Made by a program: the position numbers and the translations under genes | Notes under the pieces: model-generated | Seen by the model: the letters and a program-made list of their open reading frames with translations, nothing else | Told to the model about the DNA's origin: nothing | Database searches by the model: none | Source: Octopus sinensis | Lineage: Eukaryota | Direction of reading: 5' to 3' | DNA: 64,000 nucleotides | Assembly (NCBI RefSeq): GCF_006345805.1 | Contig: NC_043000.1 | Span: forward strand, 73,780,001 to 73,844,000 | Part shown: positions 52,438-64,000 of the stretch, piece after piece | How positions within the stretch are numbered: position 1 is the first letter of the stretch | Layout: each line of letters starts with the position of its first letter

Positions 52438-52814
52438 GACGAATTGAAGTAGACTCCGGTGAATTTCCCAAAATTCCTCACCCCCACCCTCTCCTAAAAC
52501 ACTTTTCCCCCAAAATTATATTGAAAATCTACATGACATAACACATATTCGGAGAAAATTTCATTAAAAAAATATCCATTTTTCTGAATCTTATGATCAT
52601 CCAAAGTCGGGTGGGGGTGAGCAGAAATCTAACAAAAGATAAAAGACAACACAAATCGACACAAGGTTCTAATATTTATTTTCATTAGTCTAAATTATTT
52701 TTTATAAAAAATGGAATTTTTTTACTTAATTTTTTTTTTGTAGTAAGGCTTTTTAAAGTCCATTTTTGAATAAATTATCTTAATAACAAGATTATTTATT
52801 AATTTAAAAAAAAA

Positions 52815-52967
52815 TTTTGTGACTATGAGCAGTACTGAATCATGTAGCAGGGCTGTTCAGAAAAGGCAAATGACAAAAATTCAAATATTTTCACAGTCAA
52901 TATTGAGGCTTTGTCTCTATGAGCAGTACTGAAGTCTCTAGTAAGGCTGTTCAGAAAAGGCAAATGC
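52815..52967. repeat. Direct repeat of ~57 bp with ~94 bp period; weaker third copy near 53100
   Basis: CTATGAGCAGTACTGAA...GGCTGTTCAGAAAAGGCAAATG occurs twice. Confidence 0.75.
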
Positions 52968-53337
52968 TACTTGTAATTATATTCTGTTCAATATTAATTT
53001 AATTTAATTTATTTAAAATAAAGTCATTTTGTTAAACTTGTATCCTCATTTTTATTTTTTCATTATTTCAAAAATTCTTTAAATATATTCATTTGTAACT
53101 TTGTCTCTGTACAGAACTGAAATTACAGTCCATACATTATGTCCAGAAATGGCAAAGTTGAAATGATTATCATTCATTTTTAATTTAATTTCTAAATGAG
53201 AATTAGTCAAATGAAAAAATCAAAATTTTGTTTGAATTTTCTTGGAAATCTTTGAATTCAAAGTGACTGCAAAAATGGTAATTTTATATATTTTTCATTA
53301 AAATTTTACTGTTACTGCAATGCCTGTAAAACACTGG

Positions 53338-53698
53338 ACTAGCCAATGAAAATGCGAATGCATACTAACAATATTCTTAACAATTAAACCTGGAAAAGTA
53401 GAGGAAAAGAAAAAACTCATTAAAATTAGAGCTCAAAATATTGCTGCTAAAATTAAAACTTAAAATGTTTTTATTAATTCATTTAGTACAAAAAATAAAA
53501 TTAAAATAAAAAAAGGAAAGGTGAAATTAAATGAATTTTTAAAAAAAGATGGAAAAGTACGTAAGAGGTACATTTTAATGTTAATTTTAGCAGCAATATT
53601 TTAAGCTCTAATTCTAATGAGATTTTTCTTGTCCTCTACTTTTCCAGGTTTAATTGTTAATAATATTGTTTGTATGCATCTGAATTTTTCATTGGTTA

Positions 53699-53700
<2 letters not shown>
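53338..53700. repeat. Diverged fold-back (about 130 bp arms, 100 bp spacer) abutting (TA)n
   Basis: 53338-53467 is inverted relative to 53570-53700. Confidence 0.85.
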
Positions 53701-53731
<31 letters not shown>

Positions 53732-53732
<1 letters not shown>

Positions 53733-55034
53733 GAGGTGGTACCAAAAGTTTCCTAGACTTGTTATGTTTAATAAAAAATAACTTATTTACTTAAAATTTT
53801 AATATCATCTCCTTCAAAATAGTCACCTTGCGCAGCAATATACCCGTCCAAGCATTTCTGCCACTTTTAGTATCTGGCCTGGTAGTCATTTTCTGCAAGC
53901 AAGTCAAGGACTTTCTGCAATTCTCTGTTGGTCTTCACAACGATATTAAAACAGCAACCTTTGAGCTGCATTTTCCAATTGGGGAAGAGATTGAAGTCCA
54001 CAGGTGCTAAATCTGGTGAATAGGGCAGGTGCAGAAGTGATACCATGTTGCCTTTGGCAAGAAACTCACAAGTGAGGAGAGCTTGGTGACAGAGTGCATT
54101 GTTGTCCAAAAGAATCCAATTCTTTGCACTCCACAGATCCAGTCACTTTCCTCAAACACTTCAAATGTCTCAAACGCTTCAATGTCACAGTAGAACTTTC
54201 AATTGATGCTTTGGCTCTGGGGAACGAATTCTTGATACGCAATACCACAGATGTCAAAAAAACAATGAGCATACTCTTGATTGAGCTGTGGCTCTGCCGT
54301 GCTTTATTTGGTCATGGAGATGAAGGTCCCTTCCATTGTGATGACTGCTGTTTCGTCTCGGGATTGTACCCGTAAACCCAACTCTCATCACTTGTGATGA
54401 TCCTCAACATGAAGGATGGGTCATCAGTGGCATGCTGATGGAGATCTTGACAGATTTTGATGAGATGTTCTTTCTGTTCAGTGGTCAGTAAGCGGGGGAC
54501 AAACTTGGCAGAGATAGCCACATGTTCAGTTCAGATGTTAGGATTGCCTGCATGAACCCATATGACAGACCAACAATCAGCAATGTCATTGATTGTCCTC
54601 TGGCAATCCTCATTTCTCCACATTCCTGGGGTTGACACTTGTAGCAGGTCTTCTAGATCGCTTGTTGTCTTCCAGGGACGTTCTTCCACTTTTGAAGTGC
54701 CTGTGCCACTCAAAACATTGCATATGACCCATTGCCTCATCGCCATAAGCTTGTCAAAGCATACTCAATGTCTCTGTAGCAAACTTTCCAAGTTTAACAC
54801 AAAATTTCACATTGGCTCTTTGTTCCAACTTTCTGTCCATGACAAATTCGCAGACTACAACATAAATGTGATCACAGAAACACAAATTTCACAACTTACG
54901 AGGTAAACACAGTGATGTCACTCAGCACACTGCCTCATGAAGGGCACTGCTAGCTCTCACTGTGCATGCAACCATGTGCTGTCATCTGTTGGTGTGCTAC
55001 AGAACTAGTCTGGTAACTTTTTGATACCACTTCA
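53732..55034 (-). mobile_element. Degenerate mariner (DD34D) transposon
   Basis: TIRs CGAGGTGGTACCAAAAG.../...CTTTTTGATACCACTTCA; motifs FVPRLL, ITSDESW, DNNA, YSPDLAPVDF. Confidence 0.9.
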
Positions 55035-55821
55035 CATATATATATGTATATATTACCATAATATTAGCACCAAGCAGTGTTTAGGCATAAGCCAATGGTT
55101 CCCAAACAGTGTAGTGCACCTCATGAGTGCAGCAGAAGAGTATAGCAAGTGAGGTGGAATGATTGAAAGACAATGAAACATTCAGAAACAGTTTCAAAAA
55201 ATGTATCTTATTTCTTTTCTTTTTCCTACTTGATACCCTTCATGAATGCTGTTTCATACATTTCTTTTTCTTTTTTTCCCTCTCCCACTGCCACTAATTC
55301 AATTCTATTTTTTTTTCATTCTCTTCTTTTTTTAACTAGCAACAGTAAATGTTGTGTAGAGAAACATATTAACACAAACGCAAGGGGATGTATTGTGTAT
55401 ATATATATGCATGTAGATATTTATATTTGCCTGTATATGTATGTATCAGCTTCTGTATGTGTTTGCATATATATGTTCATATATGTTTTAGTATGTGTGT
55501 GTTTTGTATGTATGTGAATAACGTGTGTCAATATTTTTATGCTTTTAGACTTCTGTAAATAAATATTTTATTAAAAACAAACTTACTTTATATTAATTAA
55601 ACATATTTATCATTAATTAATTTACTCTGGGTATGTATGTTTTTCCTTTTAAACTATTTATTTTGATTTAAGGTTTTCTTTGATTTTACACAATATATTT
55701 AAGCCTTTTAATTTTTGATGTTTTTATTTAGATCACTGTTTTTAAAAAAACATGACAAATCAGATTCAAATGTATATCTGTCAATGTAAATTTATTCTTA
55801 ATTCTTCCATTCTCAATCACA

Positions 55822-55861
55822 ACTGTCTGACGAATGGGAACATGAAACTCTGAGCAGCAGT
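55822..55861 (+). ncRNA. Hammerhead-like motif (U16.1C, probably dead)
   Basis: ACTGT-CTGACGA-ATG GGAA CAT-GAAA-CTCTGAG-CA-GCAGT; AATAAA follows at about 55898. Confidence 0.6.
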
Positions 55862-56009
55862 TTTTGTGATATTTTGAGATATTTTGGTAGCTTTAATAAT
55901 AAAGTATATACAGGGTGCAGCAGAAAGGTTGCCCCAATTTCAAAAGTAAATAAAAAAAAAACACATGAAGATGCATGAAAAAACTTTGTATTTCTATGAA
56001 GTTCATTAA

Positions 56010-56228
56010 CCCTTTAGTGTTCAGATTATTCTATCAAACATAATGCTTAATGATTCCCATTGATTTGAATTAATCATGCATTATCTCATATCTTCAAGAT
56101 CTTGATGGTGTAATTACCTAATGTAGAATAACATTGTAGGGTAGGTGTGAGAGCCTGGATCTGGTCAGTTTGAACATAAAACAGATTAAACATTTTGGCC
56201 GGATATGGCCGGTTTAAATACTAAAGGG
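56010..56228. mobile_element. piggyBac-type MITE
   Basis: TTAA|CCCTTTAGTGTT...AATACTAAAGGG|TTAA, inside the left TIR of the Tc1-like element. Confidence 0.85.
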
Positions 56229-56286
56229 TTAAATACCATTTCTTTTTCTGTTTCAGGTAGTACCCACCATGCCCTGTAGTGGAGAG

Positions 56287-56774
56287 TGTAAAGGAACTGG
56301 TTGTGTCTTTACACTGTTTGGGTGCAACGCAATTTCCTTTTTTGTTTCCAGAAACTACCAGTCAGGAACAAGAAAGCAACCTTGAAAAATATATGACTCT
56401 TTATTTTCTTATTTACAAAAAAAAGGCACGTTGGTATATTGGTAACCACTTGGTGTCGGTACAGCAAGGCTGAAGTTTAACACTTGTAAGATAAACCTCA
56501 CAACTAATTCAGCAGCAACAGAGCAGGTCAAATCCCAAGCGTCTGGGACAGGAGAATAGGCTAATCACACGTTTAAACACGTCCTCTCTCTTCAATAGCT
56601 GTGCCTCAAGTCACTGACGCTAACAAGGAATGCGATAGAATTTTTTTTTCCCAGTTTTTAGCGCATGTGCATGAGGGAACTTCCTTAGGCCTTTCCAGAA
56701 GGTTCCAGCCCTGCACACGCACACTGAAGAATGACGTCCCGCACACACACACACTGGAAAATGACATCACTACA
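56287..56774. mobile_element. Solo LTR (488 bp) in the transposase 5' end
   Basis: TGTAA...TCACTACA with AGAG TSD; end resembles the 47779 LTR end AAAATGGCGTCACTACA. Confidence 0.85.
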
Positions 56775-57939
56775 AGAGCTTCATGCATTTGTTGTTGAAG
56801 AGTTTGTTAAGAATGGTGAACCCATCGTAATGATACAACATTCCTTCTGAAGACACTTTGCGCTTTGTCATCATGATCCTATACCATTCATGATCCCATA
56901 CCATTCATCAGTGGGTTTCCAACATTAGACAAACATCATCAGCTTTAAACAGGAAAAGTCCTGGCTGTTCTAAGACTGCTACAGGGCCAGAAAATGCTGT
57001 AGCTGTAGTAGCTTCAATATGCATCTGCCTTACACATGTCTGATCAAAGTGTCCGCAAAATCTTACACACGTCTCTCCACATGCATCCGTACAAGATAAT
57101 GGTTGTACAGGAGTTAAGCAAGAGAGATTATGAAATCCACGCAACTTTGTATCGAGATATCCTCCAGACCATCCTCTTAACAGCTGTTCTGATCTGCAGT
57201 GATGAAGCTCACTTCCATTTCTTGGAGATGGTTAATAAACAAAACTTTTGATACTGGTCAAACAATAACCTTCGTGAATTCCATGAATGACCACTCTACA
57301 ATGTGAAGGTTACCATCTGGTGTGCCATGGGTGATTTCAGCATGTGGGGTCCTTATTTTCTTGAAGAGGAAGGTGATTCAGTAACTGCTACATCGGACCA
57401 CTGTTGTGAACTGCTTGAAAGATTTCTCACCAATCATGATCTAGATGATCTATGGTTTCAACAAGACGGTGCCACATCATATACCTCTCAATATTGATTC
57501 AGAGTCCTTTGTGACATGTTTCTGGGTCATCTTGTTTCTCTGCAAGGTGATCTTGGGTGGCCCCCACATTCCCCGGATTTAATCCCATGTGATTTTTTTT
57601 CTATGGGGGCATCTCAAATCACAAGTGTATCAACACCGGTCAGCAACTGTAGAAGGTTTAAAGACAGCAATAACTCAGAAATCAATGCAATTCAATAGGA
57701 CATGGTTCAAAGGGCTATAGTGAACTTTCAAGAGAGACTTCAAAACTGCATCAATATTGGCGGTCGCCACATAAGTGATACAATTTTCAAAACCACTTGA
57801 ATCACAATGGCATTTAATGTACTTTATAGAAATACAAATTTTTTTTTTGTATCTTCTTGTTTGTTATATATTAACCTTTGAAATCAAGGTAACCTTTCTG
57901 CTGCACCCTAAATATATGTATGTATATTCCTTTATCATA

Positions 57940-58142
57940 TTATTTGTTTCAGTCATTTGACTGTGGGCATGCTGAAGCACTGCCTTTAGTCAAACAAATC
58001 AATCCCAGGACTTATTCTTTGTAAGCCCATTACTTATTCTACTGATCTCTTTGCTGAACCGCTACATTACGGGGACATAAACACCAGCATCGGTTGTCAA
58101 GCAATGGTGGGCTGACAGACAGACAGACACACACACACACAC

Positions 58143-58193
<51 letters not shown>

Positions 58194-58352
58194 GCTTCTT
58201 TCAGTTTCCGTCTTCCAAATCCACTCACAGGGCTTTGGTCAGCCCAAGGCTATAGTAGACGACACTTGCCCAAGGTGCTACGCACTGGGACTGAACCCGG
58301 AACCATGTGGTTGGTAAGGAAGCGACTTACCACACAGCCCCTCCTGCACCTG
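57940..58352 (-). mobile_element. SINE family A
   Basis: Reverse complement of the 63231-63635 type. Confidence 0.85.
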
Positions 58353-58367
58353 CTTTCCATGTATGTA

Positions 58368-59658
58368 TTGGGTTGGCAACTAAGTTTCCGCCATTTTTTA
58401 AACTTTGGAATTTATTGTGTTAAATTTTGGAATCTATTTTTTCTGAGAATTCTATTTTTGAATCATTTTGAAATCTATTTTGTGTTTTTTTTTCTAGTTA
58501 ATTTTAGTTAATTTTTGTTTATTTTCAGCTCATTAAAATGGAATGTCAAGTTAAGAAAAACGAGCATTTTTGACACCTCCTTCTTTGTTGCTTTTAATCA
58601 AGGTTCTAAGGCCACAAAAGCTGCTCACGACATTTATACTGTATATGGAGAGGGTGCCATAGCTGAAAGAACCACTTGTGATTTGTATGCCAAGTTCAAA
58701 AATGGAAATTTTGACCTCAAAGATGCAACTCGTTCTGGCCGTCCAGTTGAGTTAGATGAAGAGCGATTAAACCATCTTTTGCATGAAAATTCTCGTCAAA
58801 TGACAAGGAAACTGGCAGAGAAAATGGAATGCTCCAACACTGCTATAGAGAAGCATCTTCACCCGGTGGGAAAGGTTCAGAAGTATGGAGCATGGGTTCT
58901 GCATCCTTTAAGTGACAACAACAAAAATCAACGAGCCACAATCTCCGCTGGTTTGCTTGCTTGTCACCAATCAACTTATGGACACTAGCAACAATTTATT
59001 TATTGAATCATTACTGGTGATGAAAAATGGTGCCTTTAGATCAATATGAAGCAGTGTAAGGAATGGTTTAGCCCCAGTAAACAAGCAACACCGCGCAAGA
59101 AACAAGATCTTCATCCGCATAAAGCGATGTTGTGCGTATGGTGGGACTGGGAAGGGATTATCCATTATGAATTGCTAGTACGGAACCAAACGGTGAATGT
59201 GGAGCTCTATGTTCAACAGATGGAACGACTCAACACAGCTATTCAAGAGAAAAGACCTAATCGGCAGCATGGAGTTCTGCTGCACAACAATGCCCACCCT
59301 CATATTGCCAATATGACCAAGGAAGCAATTCAAACGCATGACTGGGAAGTGCTGCCACAACTGCCGTACTCTCCTGATTTGGCACCAACAGATTTCCACC
59401 TCTTTTGATCTCTTTCAAATGCTATGCACAGAGTTTCGTTTAATACTAATGCAGAATTGAGAGCTTGGTTGGATCAATTTTTCGAGTCAAAATTGGGTGA
59501 TTTCTACCAACGAGGTATTGAAAATCTTGTTGAACACTGGGAAGAAGTTGTAAACAACAAGGGTAAATACGTTATTGATTAATTAGTTGTTATATTTTAT
59601 TAAACCTTTTAAAAAATCTAAAGTTTAAAAAATGGCATGAACTTAGTTGCCAACCTAA
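58368..59658 (+). mobile_element. Full-length degenerate mariner (DD34D)
   Basis: TA-flanked TIRs TTGGGTTGGCAACTAAGTT/AACTTAGTTGCCAACCTAA; RSGRP, WVLH, ITGDEKW, HNNA, YSPDLAPTDFHLF. Confidence 0.93.
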
Positions 59659-59690
59659 TATATACATGTGTGTGTGTGTGTGTCCACATT

Positions 59691-60176
59691 TGTAGCAGCA
59701 CAAGCAGTTACCACCATATTGGATGAGATTTTACAAGCAACCATTGTCATCTCCGAGACTGGGGCAAGATCTCACCTGCATCCATTTGCTATGCACGAGA
59801 TCATAACAAGGCTTGTGATGACAAACTGGATATACGGGTCCAACAAACAGATTCTCTCTCTTCTTCCCCACAAGTGCTCGCTGAACACACACATATTCGC
59901 TGGCTGGGTCTCCAGGCTAGTCCTGTCAGCATGTCGTATCTCCAGAAGTAATGGGCCTACATTAACGGAAATACAATGAGACGTACACTGATTGAGATGG
60001 TCTACTGAGAGCGACACCCATCATGTATTCTGTGTAACTATGTAAAACTGGTTGTGAATTGCATTTTCCCTTGGGACTTCTTTCCTCGCTTGCTGAAACC
60101 TGAAACAACACAAAGAACAATTTTAATGGGAGCGGGTGATATCCATCCAATATCATGAACCTTGCCTCCCATTATA
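59691..60176 (+). mobile_element. Solo LTR related to the 49291-49771 LTR
   Basis: Begins TGTAGC, ends TATCATGAACCTT..CCCATTATA, alignable by eye with the reverse complement of 49291-49771. Confidence 0.78.
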
Positions 60177-60409
60177 TATATAAAGGAATACCAAAAATGG
60201 GACAAGAACGCAAAACATCCAGACAGTCAAATGATACAAAAAGGGACAACAAAACATTCAGACAGACGATACAAAAAAAACAAGGATGGGTCATTCGGAG
60301 TTTTCTTTCTTCAGTCAAGTTCCAGATTATCTTTGCAATTTCGGCTGGTTATAAAACTAGCAGAGATACCCAGCCTTGCTCGAGATTAAAATGGTATAGT
60401 TTTTTATTG

Positions 60410-60685
60410 TTTTACTTGTTTCAGTCATGTGATTGTGGCCATGCTGGAGGACCGCCTTTGGTTGAAAAAAATCAACCACAGGATTTATTCTTTGTAAGCC
60501 TAGCGTCTTTCATTCGGTGTCTTTCACCGAACTGCTAAGTTATGGAAACATCGGTTTCAAGCAATAGTGGGAGCACAAACACAGATACACACACACACAC
60601 ACAAATATACACATATATACAACAGTCTTCTTTCAGTTTCCATGAACAAAATACACTCACAATGTTTTGGTCAGCCTGAGACTAT
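60410..60685 (-). mobile_element. 5'-truncated SINE family A
   Basis: GTTTCAGTCAT..GGCCATGCTGGAG..TTATTCTTTGTAAGCC. Confidence 0.75.
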
Positions 60686-60913
60686 AATATTTATATATAT
60701 ACTCATATATATATGCCAGCATGGAAAGCAGATGTTAAACGATGATGATGATATATCTATATCTATATATATATATATATACAAATATACACACATGTAT
60801 ATATTTATATCCATATATATATATAATTATATAGATATATATATACATATGTATATATATATATACATACACACACACATATATGCATATAATTATATAT
60901 ATATGTATCTGTG

Positions 60914-60948
<35 letters not shown>

Positions 60949-61340
60949 AAAGGCAAAATTGATTTCTGAAATAACGGATGCAAAAGTAAAAAAATGTGGT
61001 AGACCAAACTGCGCAACATGCCCAAACCTTCTAGAAGGATCAGAATTCCTCTTCAAAGAGGGACAAAAATTCAAGATCAAATCTTAATTTTACTTGTGCT
61101 TCAGAAAACCTAATTTATGTCATTAGATGCTCAGACACAAATGCACTCTGCATCGACAAGATTGCATTCCCAGAATACAGAATGATACCCTTTAGTGAGC
61201 ATATTGAGAAATGTGTAAAGCAACTACTACCACAATTTATAATCTTTCCATTCTATCAATGTGCTATTGGAACACCAACACAAGTTAGATTAAACAAGAA
61301 AACATTCTTCATTGAAAAATATTAGCCAAAACTTAACCAT
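60949..61340 (+). pseudogene. Penelope-like GIY-YIG endonuclease fragment with cysteine-rich linker
   Basis: KKCGRPNCATC...FTCASENLIYVIRC...EHIEKC...IFPFYQ...FFIEKY.PKLN. Confidence 0.78.
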
Positions 61341-61758
61341 TTCTAACATTTTTAATCAAGGAAACTCATCTCATTGAAAAAATATAAAAGCAAAACCTAA
61401 TCACATTCTATTCCTTCTAAACTAACTCATGTTTATTTAGTCATACCCAACATGTTTGATTATCTCCCTTATACCGGAAAAAATCCCTGATTACCTTCCA
61501 CTGCCTGGAACTCCATATTTCACAACATAGCGAAGACGTGACACGATGTAGGTAAAGAAATTTGAAAAATTTGAAAAGAAAATAGGAAACCGGTTATTTC
61601 TCCAAAAACTATGTTACTATACACAAACTTTTCTAACATTTTTCTAACATAAGGACTTAAATATATTCTTTAACCATATAACACAAGCCTTCTGTAGTTT
61701 TTTCATTCTTTTTTATTTTTTATGCATCTAACCATGTGCTTTCACTCTCATATATATA

Positions 61759-61794
<36 letters not shown>

Positions 61795-61844
61795 TGTATG
61801 TATGTATGTAGTATGTATGTATGTATGTATGTATGTATGCATGC

Positions 61845-61877
<33 letters not shown>

Positions 61878-62341
61878 TGTATGTATGTATGTATGTATAG
61901 AGTGTTAGGAGTGATATACGGAAGTTGAATAATGAGAAAAATAGTCATCAGAATTTTGGAAAAAAATCTTTTTATTTCTTCATTATTATTAGCACTTTTA
62001 TTCCTTTCTTGAACTTGTCAAATAAAATTTTGTGAATGTACAAACAACTTGTTCATTTATATAAAACAGATGTTTTTGGGGTGTTTTGTTTGGAAGAGAA
62101 CATTGTTTTTGTTTTTTGGGGTGAATTTCCATGACAGTGGAGATGGATAGATAGAAATATAGGTAGGTAGATAGGCTGATAGATAGATAGTTAGATAGAT
62201 AAATAGATAGATAGATAGATAAATAGAGAGAGAGAGAGAGAAAGAGAGATGATGATAGGCAGATAGATCGATTGAGAGAGAGAAAGAGAGGTTGATAGAC
62301 AGACAGATAGATAGATAGATATATAGACAGACAGATAGATG

Positions 62342-62379
<38 letters not shown>

Positions 62380-62394
62380 GATAGATAGATAGAT

Positions 62395-62600
62395 AGATAG
62401 ATAGATGGATAGATAGATAGTCAAACAGGTAGAGGGAGGGAGAGAGAGAGAGAGAGAGAAGGGGTATCCCCTTCCTATTCACCATTCATTCATTTATTTA
62501 TTTAGTCCTTTACAATTGTATTGGAATGGGTCTAAGGATGGTGACTTCTTCAAAAGAAAAAAAAAATATGGCAGTTTGGTCATCACTAAAAAATCATTTT

Positions 62601-62631
<31 letters not shown>

Positions 62632-62797
62632 GGATAGATAGATAGTCAGACAGGTAGAGGGAGGGAGAGAGAGAGAGAGAGAGAAGGGGTATCCCCTTCC
62701 TATTCACCATTCATTCATTCATTATTTATTTAGTCCTTTACAATTCTTCAAAAGAAAAAAAAATATGGCAGTTTGGTCATCACTAAAAAATCATTTT

Positions 62798-62828
<31 letters not shown>

Positions 62829-62995
62829 GGATAGATAGATAGTCAGACAGGTAGAGGGAGGGAGAGAGAGAGAGAGAGAGAAGGGGTATCCCCTTCCTAT
62901 TCACCATTCATTCATTCATTTATTTATTTAGTCCTTTACAATTCTTCAAAAGAAAAAAAAATATGGCAGTTTGGTCATCACTAAAAAATCATTTT
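62395..62995. repeat. Tandem triplication of a ~198 bp unit containing (GATA)n and (GA)n
   Basis: Units end CATCACTAAAAAATCATTTT at 62600, 62797 and 62995; the first has an extra ~30 bp. Confidence 0.92.
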
Positions 62996-63230
62996 GCTTT
63001 CTTTCTCTCTTCCCCTTTTTTCCTTCTTTTTTCCCTCTGTCTTTCTTTTTCTCCTCTTTAAGTTATATTTAGAACACAAAATGAACTGTCATCCCTTCCA
63101 AACATTCATTTTTGGAGGGAATTTTTTGATGAAATGTAGTTCTACATGCAAAAACATTAGTATATTTGCAAATTAACAATTTGAAAAATCAATTAATAAA
63201 TAAAATAAAATGAAAACATATATATATATA

Positions 63231-63635
63231 TAGGCACAGGAGTAGCTGTGTGGTAAGTAGCTTGCTTACCAACCACATGGTTCTGAGTTCAGTCCCACTG
63301 CATAGCACCTTGGGCAAGTGTCTTCTACTATAGCCTCAGGCTGACCAAAGCCTTGTGAGTGGATTTGGTAGACGGAAACTGAAAGAAGCCCTCCGTATAT
63401 ATGTATATATACATATGTATGTGTGTGTATATGCTTATTTGTCTGTGTTTGTCCCCTGAACATCACCGGACAACTGATGCTGGTGTGTTTATGTCCCCGT
63501 AACTTAGCGGTTTGGCAAAAGAGATCGATAGAATAAGTACTAGGCTTACAAAGAATAAGTCCTGGGGTTGATTTGCTCAACTAAAGGCGGTGCTCAAGCA
63601 TGATCACAGTCAAATGACTGAAACAAGTAAAAAGA
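63231..63635 (+). mobile_element. SINE family A, full length
   Basis: Box A and B head, CCTTGGGCAAGT, internal microsatellite, tail CAAATGACTGAAACAAG. Confidence 0.88.
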
Positions 63636-64000
63636 ATATACAACAAAAAAAGAATATACACACACACACATATGTATATATATATATATAATATATATAT
63701 ATACATAAAGCTAGAACATCCCAATGCTACATATATATATATATATATGAACATTTGTAGAAATGAGCCACATTTGGAATAAAGAATTCAAATTCTCCAC
63801 TTTACCTTCAAGCATTCAATTTTAGAGAGAATCTCTTGATGAAGTGTGTGTGTGTTTGGGAACAGTTCTTAGTTTATACTGTGTAAGTTCAATCACCTCT
63901 TTTAATTTCATGATTTTGCATTAGAGAACATTAGTATAACATTTACAAAATGTACTCTCTCGGCTTTTTTTTCAAACATTCAATTTTAGAGAGAATTTTT

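Larger units (their letters stand above)
47990..52630. mobile_element. Fold-back element with ~380 bp diverged inverted arms, interrupted by a SINE and a Gypsy
   Basis: 47990-48063 plus 48450-48743 is inverted relative to 49071-49290 plus 52441-52630. Confidence 0.72.
55911..57910 (+). mobile_element. Degenerate Tc1/mariner-superfamily transposon with nested insertions
   Basis: About 105 bp TIRs starting CAGGGTGCAGCAGAAAGGTT; SDEAHF..VNKQN, VTIWCA, WFQQDGA, WPPHSPDLIPCDF. Confidence 0.88.

Noticed and set aside
59668-60156. GC-richer stretch with ORFs and an apparent splice acceptor, possible host exon
   Set aside because: Explained as a solo LTR homologous to 49291-49771
60180-60360. Minus-strand CTGAAGA and GAAA in a TA-flanked island near a PLE fragment
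   Set aside because: Order and helices do not fit a hammerhead

Overview
Eukaryotic, AT-rich, almost entirely repeat-derived DNA with no recognisable host gene. The SINE types, RTE LINEs and (TA)n/(CA)n density suggest a coleoid cephalopod such as Octopus (inference only). It contains two head-to-tail, near full-length Tx1/L1-clade LINEs sitting in a (TTA)n microsatellite (0.16-12.8 kb), an R4/RLE LINE fragment, three RTE LINE relics, three Gypsy LTR elements, a gag-only LTR element, three solo LTRs, two mariners, a Tc1-like element, a FLYWCH/MULE relic, a TTAA MITE and tRNA-derived SINEs. The most striking unexplained structure is a set of 12 hammerhead-ribozyme motifs from about 7 unrelated sequence families. 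Seven of them are packed into 39.2-42.0 kb. Most lie in the arms of long, near-perfect head-to-head palindromes embedded in (TA)n tracts, and one palindrome still encloses the C-terminus of a Penelope GIY-YIG ORF. These look like Penelope-derived, ribozyme-bearing fold-back insertions. All motifs were read by eye, so coordinates may be off by a few bases.
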